IMG/VR virus record: IMGVR_UViG_3300033149_003049
Span: 1-30,343 of that record
Direction: 5' to 3' (one strand)
Length of the DNA: 30,343 nt
Origin: a virus
Part shown: positions 8,701 through 17,423 of the stretch, one piece after another
Layout: each line of letters opens with the position of its first letter
Numbering within the stretch: the stretch's first letter is position 1
Program-made: the position numbers and the translations under genes
The notes under the pieces: generated by a model
What the model was told of the DNA's origin: nothing
Seen by the model: the letters and a program-made list of their open reading frames with translations, nothing else
The model's database searches: none

Positions 8701-10033
8701 TAATATCCTCAACGACAGCCTCTGCTGCCTTTTCCAGCTCCCCCAACTCCTCTTTCCCTGTCTCTCCTACCCCACTTAAATCTGCCACCAATCCTTTAGT
8801 CTCTTTTCTTATACCACGGATATCTGCTACAATGGAGGATGCTGTTTCTCTTATTCTGGCATCCAACTTAACCTCTTCCATCTTTCCTTCTAAACCTTCC
8901 AACTCTTTTTTAATTTCCTCATAGGCACTCTTCCTCTTCCCTATCTCCTTAACATAATTTTTCAAATCCTCTGTAGCCTCTTTAATCACATCTTTATCTC
9001 TACTAATCAATGCGAAAAACAAAGCCATAGTTTTTACTATGACAGTAAGAGAGTCCTTTAAAATCCTCACACTATCAATAGTAACCCCAATAGCCTTAGC
9101 CGAGGCTTCCATGGCCCCTACAATGGCCTCGCCTACCCTAAGTGCCCACTCATCCAGCTTCCCCTCTTCCTGTAGCTCCTGTATACGGTCATTCAATGCA
9201 GTTAGAAAAGCAGTTACCTCATTATATGTCCCCTGTTTCATGAGGGTATCTTGAAAGAGTTGCCAATAGGAACGCAACTCCTCAATCTGCCCGCCCAAGG
9301 TAGACATCTGCCTCTGCATCATTCCACCAAATTGGTCTCGCATATAACCCATAAAAACATCAATCACATCCTGCATATCCACCACGCCAGCAGCAATCGC
9401 CTCATTTAGCTTCTCTAACTCTGCCCGTCCTATGTTAAATCCACTTTTCAATGCATCCCCAACATTCACCCCTGCATTACTCAACTGCATCAAGTCCTGT
9501 GCCATGACCTTCCCCGTGGCAGCCATCTGGCCAAAAGCATAAGCTAGACGGGGCAATACTTCCTTCCCCATAGCTGCTGCTGTATCACCAAGGGCAGTCA
9601 TAGTCTCAATAGTGGGGTCAAGGCCATATGCCTTTAGAGTCTTGTATGCTTCCATTACCTCATTTATACGGTATGGTGTCTGGGTAGCAAATACCAGCAG
9701 TTCCTGAAACTTCTTATTCCCCGCATCTATCCCTTTCTCCAATACCTGTAGCGTCATCCGATACTGTTCAAATGAATTGGCCACTTCTATTGTCTGCTTG
9801 GCAATATATCCCAAACCTAGACCAAGTAATGCACCCTTCAGGCTAAATACAGTAGAGGTAAGGCGATGCATCCCTGCCCGTACTCCCTCAATCCCCCTTC
9901 TCCACAAGCTGACCTCTCTGGTAGACTTTTTTACCTGCCTATCAAGGTCTGCAATAGTCCCCTCAACAGCTTTGACAACACCGCTCGCTTTATCCTCACC
10001 AAGCAAAACAAACTTAAGTGTCTTCTCAGCCAT
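5738..10033 (-). CDS. Tail tape measure protein (1431 aa)
   Basis: Longest ORF, after the chaperone pair; N-terminal tape-measure domain (FATQTPY...GDTAAA...GQMAATGK), Gly/Ala-rich hydrophobic middle, C-terminal GG.V..P......EAGPEAVIPL motif. Confidence 0.92.
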   Translation of the reverse strand: MAEKTLKFVLLGEDKASGVVKAVEGTIADLDRQVKKSTREVSLWRRGIEGVRAGMHRLTSTVFSLKGALLGLGLGYIAKQTIEVANSFEQYRMTLQVLEKGIDAGNKKFQELLVFATQTPYRINEVMEAYKTLKAYGLDPTIETMTALGDTAAAMGKEVLPRLAYAFGQMAATGKVMAQDLMQLSNAGVNVGDALKSGFNIGRAELEKLNEAIAAGVVDMQDVIDVFMGYMRDQFGGMMQRQMSTLGGQIEELRSYWQLFQDTLMKQGTYNEVTAFLTALNDRIQELQEEGKLDEWALRVGEAIVGAMEASAKAIGVTIDSVRILKDSLTVIVKTMALFFALISRDKDVIKEATEDLKNYVKEIGKRKSAYEEIKKELEGLEGKMEEVKLDARIRETASSIVADIRGIRKETKGLVADLSGVGETGKEELGELEKAAEAVVEDIRGVYGEMEKQAEAVWKATRTPLERYQEEVKKLNKLLEAGMISQETYVRGITSAWERYGGKVREVNEEIKKSGGEVEEVYLSVWYEIRQNIADFLDQAMQGFASFRDFANSVWAAIRRSLSSALAEMITDWLKSMHSMAGGARGLLGTLGTAVYGIAGMVRGEPWRAVGGVGAAAAMFTGHPMIATAIIASAEIARAIFKGRVEWVGVGAGAVGIPATRIGLEKPSWMEKYMFFGWPGALFGFGRTWPTIRGTAELSLKGLSDSLDYVEGYMREIEKYLDEHTEIYAMYKTRFARVTVIEKRDVKGGMDEITQAFGSFVDDLIDFYQNILPSTMRFEELPSIEMTFGAGKKNMENLAKQFVNELVSQTYNAWTVPIVEEYNRLLGVNLFEKFGLPKIGELVGGIGHRWNEQMKKLYERLSREVLPSLGVAFTYAKTIMDLMDKYGEGLVSVYKDEIANELVNMLEKYKGEVQGLKEEEVKKKAEEFGQTVNKYLSTVVDFISDVEDIIAKYTLSEPAYEFRKLDLWYRDMVAQADMLGLSIDRVNEALAATFWGPISKWLDTRSDYEKAVADVNDWYDAAVRFVYAHQEVVQQLGLDIDWVIRQLGVAKRRMLAGIEESKPEEEIRQQIEDQRRLFEERREQIEKETRFVIDTYRERLSELENIRREWKRVNESAIQAVKQLRFGGPSPLTPAQAWPQIRAEYEKLKAGALTSPEAAQAFLDFYTTYLDYANKMFKSSQTYIDIWQDVLSVLGEITNFSNQQISEIEMQAGVLKGAIQNAEDTLAARLESINNSLQAISETNNRLDQIVDLLMPEKPEEKPEPRREDGVPLNVPQREWWLQTPASLRQEIWAEVGRLSGLGRTISQIEQSLRQAGYRWGAIEATAAEHGWYQTPLSREWHYLPQGLQEGGLVNRPLITTIAEAGPEAVIPLSKGAIRAEIDYDKLAKALAKQLNRRPIEVIIDAPIKLDGKEIKRWLHKSRQAREFVI

Positions 10034-10336
10034 CTATCTCTTATCCTCCCCCTCTTCCTCTTTCTCCTGCTTAAGCATTATGCTAGTCAACAAACAGAAC
10101 CGCTCTATAAATTCCAACCTCCCCTCCACCCCAAACTCCTTCATAATAAGCGCCAACCCATCTACATTCAGAGTATACCCACCAAAGCCATTCTGCATTA
10201 CAAGAAGGGGAAAATAGCGGACAAAGACATACCAGACAAACGCATTCTCTTCTGTAGGATCTACCCACCCACACTCTTCACATGTGGGTCTAGGCCAGCC
10301 CATCTCTCGCATCTGTTGACACTTTTCACATGTCAC
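10034..10336 (-). CDS. Tail assembly chaperone, downstream (T-like) part; probably made as a -1 frameshift fusion
   Basis: CxxC...CxxC motif; the frame stays open 63 nt upstream of the GTG, back to the slippery site; stop abuts the tape-measure ATG. Confidence 0.75.
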   Translation of the reverse strand: MTCEKCQQMREMGWPRPTCEECGWVDPTEENAFVWYVFVRYFPLLVMQNGFGGYTLNVDGLALIMKEFGVEGRLEFIERFCLLTSIMLKQEKEEEGEDKR

Positions 10337-10350
10337 TTCTACTCCATCTT

Positions 10351-10854
10351 TTATCCCTTGTTGCCTCCTCCGCTGCCATTCTGCAAACTGGATAAGTTTT
10401 TTTCCTGTTCCTCCCTATACCTACGACGAAAATCCTCAAACTGGCTCATTACCATACGAGAAGCCTCTATCCATGTCACCCCCAGCATGGGGTACCCCCT
10501 CTTCACCAAAGCTAGCTTGTTCTCTCTTGTGCAAGGTAGCTCCTTCTCCTTCTCATCCACCACCCCTTTCCAATCCTTTACGATGTAGTCAATCAAAGCC
10601 TCATTCAGCCCATCATTGTCCACCTGGGTGGTGCGCTGAGTCTCCCTACGACCCTGCACAAAAACTGTCTCTACCTTTTCTGTAGTATACCTCTCTCTCA
10701 ACCCACTATACACTTCATCAGTCAACGGGTTAATCAAAAAGGACACTTTATCCCGCTCATCTTTAGAGAACTCCCCTAGCTCTGACTTATCAAACAGAGG
10801 GTCACTTGCCTTGATCCATACTGGTTCTGGTGTTAATTTAAATTTAATGCCCAT
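10351..10854 (-). CDS. Tail assembly chaperone (G-like, 167 aa)
   Basis: Between tube and tape measure; ..DWKGV.DE...ELPCT.ENK..L motif; contains the slippery heptamer near its end. Confidence 0.8.
   Translation of the reverse strand: MGIKFKLTPEPVWIKASDPLFDKSELGEFSKDERDKVSFLINPLTDEVYSGLRERYTTEKVETVFVQGRRETQRTTQVDNDGLNEALIDYIVKDWKGVVDEKEKELPCTRENKLALVKRGYPMLGVTWIEASRMVMSQFEDFRRRYREEQEKNLSSLQNGSGGGNKG
10396..10402 (-). other. -1 programmed ribosomal frameshift site A AAA AAC
   Basis: Codons GAA AAA AAC give an X XXY YYZ heptamer. The -1 frame reads KLIQFAEWQRRRQQGIKDGVEVTCEKC..., continuous with 10034..10336, giving about 273 aa. Confidence 0.78.
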
Positions 10855-10893
10855 TACTATGCTCCTCCTTTTCTATCTATTTTACACTCCTCT

Positions 10894-11925
10894 CTAACCT
10901 AATATATCCCCAGACCTAGTATTCACTAGCGTAATCATAAACGGCTCAGTGCAAGGCATGCCATTTGGAGTGGCAACACAAGCGTCCAATTGCAAAGTCA
11001 CTGTATGCCCTATCTTCCCGGGGCCTCCTACTGGCGCAGTTGCTGTGACAATCTTAGCTGAAGGGGCTTCTATTTTGAACATGTAACTGTTAGCATCTGT
11101 GAAGGTGATATCCAGCTTCTGTAGAGTGGCACTGTTAATTGCAGTAGTAAAATCATTCATGCTATACTTATCAAAAGTCAACTCCAGTGTAGCAGTGGGA
11201 AAACCACCCCCAGTTGGTTCACTAATATCATTATAACTGGCATCACGGTTCTCTTCCATTGGACGGTCAAAAGTCAACCTAATAGTATGTGGATATATCT
11301 TATCACTATCACTCAGTGCAGCCCCATCCCTGGCATTCATCCTAATCTTAGCATTATCATCAAATACCACGCAGTGATACCTGTCTGGATAGGTTACATT
11401 AGCTATCGTGTCTGTACTGTTTACCTGGCTCTCTGTTTCCCACTTATTGCCAGTGCAATTAAACTCTGCTGTAACAATCTCGCCTACCGTCGCATTAAAA
11501 GAAAAACCAGTAACCTTGAGACTGGGAATTTCCCATACTTTGTCAGTTTTCTTCTTGATTACAAACGTTCCAAACAGCCCATCATTATTTGGTGCAAGCC
11601 TAATTTTATGTTCCCACTTATCACTTCCACTGCTGATGCAGGTAGGGGTAGCTGTAGAACCCATTCCACAAGCAATCAGCTTATCCAACCCCATATACCG
11701 CATGTTTGCGCCTAATGTTCCTGAAGGTGCTGGATAAAAGGTATCAATCCGCTCAGTAATAAAGTTCACCCCCAAGGACTCATCTGCAATAGGCGTCCGC
11801 CCAATATCCCCTAGTGCCTCATTGGTAATCAACACTCCATCTCCACTTCCACACTCCACTGCTGTCCGCCAGCTAGCCGCCTTTTTAAATGCTGCTATAA
11901 TCTCTCTTCCTGTTATTGCTGCCAT
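10894..11925 (-). CDS. Major tail tube protein (343 aa)
   Basis: Position between the terminator-like neck gene and the chaperones; beta-rich; strong SD AGGAGGTGA; preceded by a copy of the conserved motif. Confidence 0.75.
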   Translation of the reverse strand: MAAITGREIIAAFKKAASWRTAVECGSGDGVLITNEALGDIGRTPIADESLGVNFITERIDTFYPAPSGTLGANMRYMGLDKLIACGMGSTATPTCISSGSDKWEHKIRLAPNNDGLFGTFVIKKKTDKVWEIPSLKVTGFSFNATVGEIVTAEFNCTGNKWETESQVNSTDTIANVTYPDRYHCVVFDDNAKIRMNARDGAALSDSDKIYPHTIRLTFDRPMEENRDASYNDISEPTGGGFPTATLELTFDKYSMNDFTTAINSATLQKLDITFTDANSYMFKIEAPSAKIVTATAPVGGPGKIGHTVTLQLDACVATPNGMPCTEPFMITLVNTRSGDILG

Positions 11926-11966
11926 TCTCTTTCACCTCCTATACTCTCATCATTACTTCTACCTAA

Positions 11967-11995
11967 TTAATAAGGAAATTAAGTCTAAAAATTTA
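11967..11995 (-). promoter_or_regulatory. Conserved 29-nt motif, copy 3 (TAAATTTTTAGACTTAATTTCCTTATTAA), upstream of the tail tube gene
   Basis: 19 of 29 positions are invariant across three copies, each at an operon-internal gene junction. Confidence 0.7.
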
Positions 11996-12451
11996 TGTGT
12001 CTTCAATGCAGTCATTTATTATCTGGTATTGAGCCGCCCAAAAAACTACCTGTGGGGTGGAATACAGCTCCCAAGCCCTCACTGGTTTGAGCGGTCTGAT
12101 GGATAGGCCAAAGGTCTTCTCCTTCAACTTCCCCATTACATCCTTCAATATTGTATATGCACCCTTATCTCCACCTCTAGCCTTTGACTGGTCTCGGTAA
12201 CTCTGGCTTATAATCAAGAGGTCAACCACCACAGTCTCCCGTGTACACTCTTGGTCCGCATACTCATACTCTGCTGAAGACACTTTTACCAACACGGCTG
12301 GAAACTGATTTACAAAAAACTTTGTCAGTGCCTCCTCACTAGCCAACTCACCCGCATACCCTTTCAGTGCCTTCAAGTACCCACCTTTTTCTTTTAATAA
12401 AGGTTCCAAAGCATCCAAAACCTTATCCTCATAATCCTTCAAACTATACAC
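11993..12451 (-). CDS. Mu gp37-like (DUF1834-like) tail terminator/neck protein
   Basis: Size, position and PAVLV...GAY.IL..V...L......I.PL.P pattern. Confidence 0.65.
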   Translation of the reverse strand: MYSLKDYEDKVLDALEPLLKEKGGYLKALKGYAGELASEEALTKFFVNQFPAVLVKVSSAEYEYADQECTRETVVVDLLIISQSYRDQSKARGGDKGAYTILKDVMGKLKEKTFGLSIRPLKPVRAWELYSTPQVVFWAAQYQIINDCIEDT

Positions 12452-12455
12452 TCTG

Positions 12456-12947
12456 TTATTCCTCTTTCATCACATGTCTACTAATTATCTTTACTACCAA
12501 ATCCCAATCCCCTTCCCATAACCCCTCAAACGGTAACAACATCCTCTTTGGGACATCACCCCAAGGGATAGGCGTCCCTCGTTTTGTCCTTCCATACTGT
12601 CCTTTTCTAGCTCCAAACTGATGAGTAGGGGCATATCTCACCTCAGTCCCCCACTCTACCCCTCGTTGACTAAAGGTGTAAACAAAACTTTGCTGTAATG
12701 TACCCATATCAGCCAATATCTTTGGTCTACCCTTACCTTTACCTTTCCTCCGCCTTGCAATGGTCACAGGGCTAAGGGGTTTCCAAGGCTGCCTGTATGG
12801 GTCATGTTCCCTCCTCCACCCCCTCTGCCATCTACCAAGCAATGCCTCACCTATCTCTCGCATTGCTGGGGCGAGGTCTCCCAATGCTCTTGCCACTACC
12901 TCAGCCTTTTTCCTTGCCTCTCTAGTATCTACCTCAAACTTTATCAT
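12456..12947 (-). CDS. Mu gpG-like virion morphogenesis (tail completion) protein
   Basis: P.....W.PLSP.T...R.....IL.D.G.L..S......V..GT...YA..HQFG......VP.R..L motif. Confidence 0.85.
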   Translation of the reverse strand: MIKFEVDTREARKKAEVVARALGDLAPAMREIGEALLGRWQRGWRREHDPYRQPWKPLSPVTIARRRKGKGKGRPKILADMGTLQQSFVYTFSQRGVEWGTEVRYAPTHQFGARKGQYGRTKRGTPIPWGDVPKRMLLPFEGLWEGDWDLVVKIISRHVMKEE

Positions 12948-12948
12948 G

Positions 12949-13224
12949 TCATTTCCACCAAATGGCCTTAGTCAGCACAGCAGTAAACCCACCGAAAAAC
13001 CCTGTCACTGCGCTCACCCCCCTATCTCTCCACCTACGTGTCTCCAATTTCCTAAACCGCTCCCCACACGCATGTTTCTGGGTAGACAGGCAGTCATTTA
13101 TGTTCACTATATACTCAAACAAAATATTCAACTTCACATTCACATCTGTAATCTGTCCAAAATCCTCTCTACTAATTGGTCTCATCCCTGGTGGCATTTT
13201 TCTCTCTCCTTTCTTTGTGGCCAT
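12949..13224 (-). CDS. Small protein with one C-terminal hydrophobic segment; possibly holin/XhlA-like
   Basis: Short coiled coil followed by VSAVTGFFGGFTAVLTKAIWWK. Confidence 0.45.
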   Translation of the reverse strand: MATKKGERKMPPGMRPISREDFGQITDVNVKLNILFEYIVNINDCLSTQKHACGERFRKLETRRWRDRGVSAVTGFFGGFTAVLTKAIWWK

Positions 13225-13229
13225 TCCCT

Positions 13230-13322
13230 TTACAGGGCTTCTAGGGATTGGATACCCAAGCCTTGTAGCCCCAAGGCTAAAATACTCTTGAAAGCATTAA
13301 TATCATGGTGCAAATAAATCAT
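13230..13322 (-). CDS. Micro-ORF (30 aa, MIYLHHDINAFKSILALGLQGLGIQSLEAL)
   Basis: ATGA overlap with the stop of the upstream gene; ends 5 nt before the next ATG. Confidence 0.4.
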   Translation of the reverse strand: MIYLHHDINAFKSILALGLQGLGIQSLEAL

Positions 13323-14128
13323 AAATCCCGCTCATCTTCCTCGTCATCAATACGGTCATCATCAATAAACTGCTCCTCATACTCTATCATCGCAAAGGTA
13401 GGGTGGTAGTTTTTAGTGCTAGACCAAACCTCCGTGCCAACTTTCTTCGCTATCACCTCTCCTGCTGTATTCACCAGAGTTAAGCTCCCCACCTCCAAAG
13501 CTGTAATAGTCTTTTCTATCTTCTCTCTCTTTCCCTCAATCCAATCAAGTAAATCAGCCCCTACATGAATAGCATGATCATCTAGTATCTCCACCAATGC
13601 CAATGTCTTACTAAGCTTACCAATCAATGGAGGAAAACTGTTTACACCAGTGGCAAAAGGGACAGAATACATGGAAGACAATCTAGCATTTATCACTGCA
13701 TCAGCATCAGCAATATACTGTCGTAAATCCTCATTAGTTAGCTCTAATTGGTCAAGCTTTTTATACAACCGACGCAAATCATTCGGGTGACTGTATAGGC
13801 CAGCCTCATCTGCAGTGGTCTCTACTACCTCAAACAGCCCCCGGCTGATGTAATCCTTATCCCCAACAGTTACCTTCCATACATAACTATACATGCCAAC
13901 CGTGGAAGGTAGAGTCTGGAGGACGTAGTAATCATAATCACTACTCTGCGATGCTGTAACACTGGACACTAGAGTTCCATTTTTGTCATAGATAGCTAGT
14001 AAAGGTTCTGTGCCTGGGGGAATACTAAAGCTAATGGTAAACTGCTTGGTATCCCCTTTCTCATACTTCTCATACTCTGTCTCTACCTCGCCAGCCATCC
14101 CCAAGTAGTCTTTTATCTCAAATGCCAA
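13319..14128 (-). CDS. Head-tail adaptor (Mu gp36/DUF1320-like) with an extra N-terminal beta-sandwich domain
   Basis: C-terminal Y....DL...........I.DA.A.I.A.L...Y.VP motif; the first ~100 aa are Ig-like (FTISF...YYV...VG.Y.Y.WKVT). Confidence 0.75.
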   Translation of the reverse strand: MAFEIKDYLGMAGEVETEYEKYEKGDTKQFTISFSIPPGTEPLLAIYDKNGTLVSSVTASQSSDYDYYVLQTLPSTVGMYSYVWKVTVGDKDYISRGLFEVVETTADEAGLYSHPNDLRRLYKKLDQLELTNEDLRQYIADADAVINARLSSMYSVPFATGVNSFPPLIGKLSKTLALVEILDDHAIHVGADLLDWIEGKREKIEKTITALEVGSLTLVNTAGEVIAKKVGTEVWSSTKNYHPTFAMIEYEEQFIDDDRIDDEEDERDL

Positions 14129-14140
14129 TGCACCCCCCTC

Positions 14141-16999
14141 CTATACATACTTACCTTCCAAGTCTTTTGTCTGAACCTTAATTCTACTCCTCAAATACTT
14201 TATCAAGTCCTCACTACTTGCAAACCTAGCCATCATAACTGTAGGACTACCATCTATCTGTCTATCTGCCTTCAATGCCCAAGCCACCTCAAACCCCCTA
14301 CCCAGTATAGCCAATGCCTCTGTGTAGTAAGGCAATCCATCCTCCTCCAAATGGTCACCAGAGCCAAGAAAATTCTCTTGAAACATCCTCACTGCCCGCT
14401 CACATAGCTCCACCACCTCTGGGGTCACTTGCCTTCCATTCCCCTCCAATATATACCGAGCCATGTGAACCCAATCTCTCATGATGAGGTACTTCCCCAG
14501 CGTCCGCTCTGGATACTTTTCCCTATCCCTCTTCACGAGGTTGATATTGCGATAGAACTTCCTCCGCCGTCTCTCCTCACTCAAATACCCATCATGAGCC
14601 AATCCCACATCAGCCAAACAAACTACCGGCACCACAGCCTCCTTGCCCGGTAGGCGTGGGTGCTCATGCACCATCCCCCAAAACTTAATCCCCAACCCAT
14701 TTCTAAACACCCTCACCGGCTGGTCAGGTTTAAACGGATGTTCTGGAAAGATGCTGAAATGATGTTGTTTTATCACATAGCCATTATACATATTAGTCCG
14801 CAAATATTTAAATAAATCTCTAGCCTCAATCAGCTCCTCATCCGCATCCATCCAAAGGATGAAATCAGTGGTAGCATGCTTTATGCATTCATTCCTCACC
14901 ACATCAAACCCTACCTCCAACGGGTTAGGTCCCTTGTATACCTTGTCTGTATACTGTTTTGCTATCTCTACCGTGCTATCACTACTACCTGTATCCATCA
15001 CAATAATCTCATCAAACGCACTAGCACTCTTCAATGCCCTATGTAACATTGCCTCAGCATCCTTTACTATCAAACAAGCTGCTATTGTTTGTCTAGGTCG
15101 TTGTATAAAGCACTTCCGTCCCATATCCACTTGTCCTACTTCAACACTGCTCTTCTGTCTATATGTAACAAAATGCCAACCCAACGGCTCACCATCCCTA
15201 GGGCTATTGCCAGCCAAGCCTACATTGACTGTGTATTCAGGTTTCTTACCAAACATATCCCGTAGGTCATGTCTATCAAAATGCCAAAAATGCCCTTTAT
15301 ACTTCAGCTCACCACCAGAAGCTCCCCAAGACCCAAACGGAACACTAATCAATACATGTCCACCTTCCTTTACCCACTTTTCTACTTTTCTCATTACTGT
15401 CCATGGTTGTCTAAAATGCTCTAAAATCTCAAAAGCCACTAAACAATCATATTGTCCAAGGACACTATTCTCATCCCCCACCACAAAATTAACATTGCTG
15501 TATTTGTTCAATCGCTTTGCCAGCTCCACTTTTTCTGACACTACCTCTACACCAGTGAAATGCACAGTGGGGAACTGTTTAGCTAGGTTAAAAACATATT
15601 GGCCTACATCACTCCCAAAATCCACTGCTGTCTTTATGTCTGGATGCTCCTTCAGGTAATCCACCAAAAACTGAAGCCTCACAGGGCTGACCATCCCCTC
15701 TATCTCTTCTATACTTTTCACCCCAGTAGGGCCTTCCTCTAGAAACTGCTCTGTGTAAAACTGTTTTACCCCCTCTGCAGCTCCCTGATATTGTTTGTCA
15801 ATCTCTACCCTTTCTTCCTCACCCATCAAGGCTCTAGCAGCCTCTATGTCTTCATAGTAAATAAAATGTTTTTTCAACCTTTCTTTGTCCTGTGTTTGTT
15901 CAGAAAAGAACTGATGAAACTTCTCCATCCACTGCCCCACTACCTTTCCCCAATCAAACTCCTCTGCTCTCTCCCTCCCCCGCTCTGCAAGTTGTCTCCT
16001 TTTGGATGGGCTTCTAGCCAAATAGAGAAGAGCCTTAATAAACCTGTCCTGGTAATCTGGGGTAGATGCCTGCCCTGATACAAAATATCCACAATCCCCC
16101 AACACCTCACGCAGTGCGCCTACATCATTACAAACAAAAACTGTTCCACTTGCCATTGCTTCCACTGCACTGATACAAAACACCTCTTCAAAATCACTAC
16201 AATAAGCATATATCCCTGCACTTTGGTACTGTTTATAAAGCTCCTGTTTATTCAGATGTCCTAGGTTAGTACAGTTAGGTAGCTCTTCAATCCTACCCCA
16301 AAGATACTCATACAGCCCCCTCATCTCAGGCACAGTGTTATCATACCCAGCTACATAGAGATGAAACCTAGGCTCTATCTTTAGTAACTTCTCCATTACC
16401 CCATCAGGCCCTACCAAATTAACCAGCCCACGCTCTGGTCTGGCACAATAAAGTAACCTGTATGGGTCTCCTTCACCAAATGGGATTTCCTCAACTGATA
16501 CCCCATTATGTATTGGCCAGAATACCTGCTCTGGTAGCCCGTATACCTCCCTTTGTTGCTCTGCATGCCACTGGCTTACTGTGACCACTCTGTCTACATT
16601 CCACATTACTTGGTGTACACTGACCTTGTTTCTCTTTAGGGCCAGATCATGGTTCCACAGTATATTCAACCTGCTGCAAGCCCTCCCAGCGAAAGCCTGA
16701 GGCCACCGTTGGACAATAGTTATGTCATGTGGAAAGCTGGTGATATATTTAGATGCCTGAGTTAGAGGTCTATATATTACTCCATCATAAACCCCAGGGC
16801 CACTAGCAGGGGGGACATCACAGTTACAAAACACTGTCACCCTGTTCCCTAGCTGTGCTAAATGCTTAGCCAAACACAACCCGCATGTTTCACTCCCACC
16901 AAGGCTATGCTTATTCAAACTGTCACCGCTAAATGCCATCCCTGGCACCACCAACACTACATCAAAAGTATAGCTCCTCCTCATATCCTTGCTCCTCAT
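14141..16999 (-). CDS. Tri-domain GT4 glycosyltransferase - class I SAM methyltransferase - GT2 glycosyltransferase (952 aa)
   Basis: GT4: GGSE, EX7E motif EVFCISAVE.MASG. Methyltransferase: DFGSDVG at about aa 460, FEILEH. GT2 from about aa 637: ACLIVKD..., DTGSSDST, WMDADE, GMVHE. Confidence 0.88.
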   Translation of the reverse strand: MRSKDMRRSYTFDVVLVVPGMAFSGDSLNKHSLGGSETCGLCLAKHLAQLGNRVTVFCNCDVPPASGPGVYDGVIYRPLTQASKYITSFPHDITIVQRWPQAFAGRACSRLNILWNHDLALKRNKVSVHQVMWNVDRVVTVSQWHAEQQREVYGLPEQVFWPIHNGVSVEEIPFGEGDPYRLLYCARPERGLVNLVGPDGVMEKLLKIEPRFHLYVAGYDNTVPEMRGLYEYLWGRIEELPNCTNLGHLNKQELYKQYQSAGIYAYCSDFEEVFCISAVEAMASGTVFVCNDVGALREVLGDCGYFVSGQASTPDYQDRFIKALLYLARSPSKRRQLAERGRERAEEFDWGKVVGQWMEKFHQFFSEQTQDKERLKKHFIYYEDIEAARALMGEEERVEIDKQYQGAAEGVKQFYTEQFLEEGPTGVKSIEEIEGMVSPVRLQFLVDYLKEHPDIKTAVDFGSDVGQYVFNLAKQFPTVHFTGVEVVSEKVELAKRLNKYSNVNFVVGDENSVLGQYDCLVAFEILEHFRQPWTVMRKVEKWVKEGGHVLISVPFGSWGASGGELKYKGHFWHFDRHDLRDMFGKKPEYTVNVGLAGNSPRDGEPLGWHFVTYRQKSSVEVGQVDMGRKCFIQRPRQTIAACLIVKDAEAMLHRALKSASAFDEIIVMDTGSSDSTVEIAKQYTDKVYKGPNPLEVGFDVVRNECIKHATTDFILWMDADEELIEARDLFKYLRTNMYNGYVIKQHHFSIFPEHPFKPDQPVRVFRNGLGIKFWGMVHEHPRLPGKEAVVPVVCLADVGLAHDGYLSEERRRRKFYRNINLVKRDREKYPERTLGKYLIMRDWVHMARYILEGNGRQVTPEVVELCERAVRMFQENFLGSGDHLEEDGLPYYTEALAILGRGFEVAWALKADRQIDGSPTVMMARFASSEDLIKYLRSRIKVQTKDLEGKYV

Positions 17000-17058
17000 C
17001 TCTCCTCTATATTATTTATTTGTTTCTTCCTGCACATCAAGCATCCCTCATATTCCAT
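16996..17058 (-). CDS. Micro-ORF (20 aa, MEYEGCLMCRKKQINNIEER)
   Basis: TGATG overlap with the upstream stop and ATGA overlap with the downstream start; spans the gap exactly; has CxxC. Confidence 0.3.
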   Translation of the reverse strand: MEYEGCLMCRKKQINNIEER

Positions 17059-17423
17059 CACTTCCCCCAAGATGCCTTCCCCCTATATTTTTTATTATAA
17101 ATCTCCCATAACCTCTTCATTATCTTCTCATACCTTGCAACCCACACCCTGTCCCAGTCGCTGTCCAAGCCTTCATGCGAGGCTTTCGCCTCAGCTATGA
17201 AAACAAGGTCAGATATAAGTTGCTGTCTCTCCACTTCACCATTATCCAAATAATCAGCAATAGCGTGGAACCGCTCTGCCAGCATGGCATCACGGCTGGT
17301 ATGCTGCATTCCATGCAATCTGGCATCCTCTAATAACCACTGCACCTCTTTAGAGCAATGAAAAGATGCACAGGCATAGGCCATAAAGACGCAAAGGAAT
17401 AACAGCACCGTTCTACGGAACAT
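17058..17423 (-). CDS. Hypothetical exported/membrane-anchored protein (121 aa)
   Basis: Signal-peptide-like N-terminus MFRRTVLLFLCVFMAYAC with a possible lipobox Cys. Confidence 0.55.
   Translation of the reverse strand: MFRRTVLLFLCVFMAYACASFHCSKEVQWLLEDARLHGMQHTSRDAMLAERFHAIADYLDNGEVERQQLISDLVFIAEAKASHEGLDSDWDRVWVARYEKIMKRLWEIYNKKYRGKASWGK

Noticed and set aside
14141-16999. T4-like DNA glucosylation as the main role of the glycosyltransferases
   Set aside because: Not excluded, but not favoured: no hydroxymethylase or TET partner is in the window, the gene sits in the structural operon, and the GT2 resembles protein-acting enzymes.
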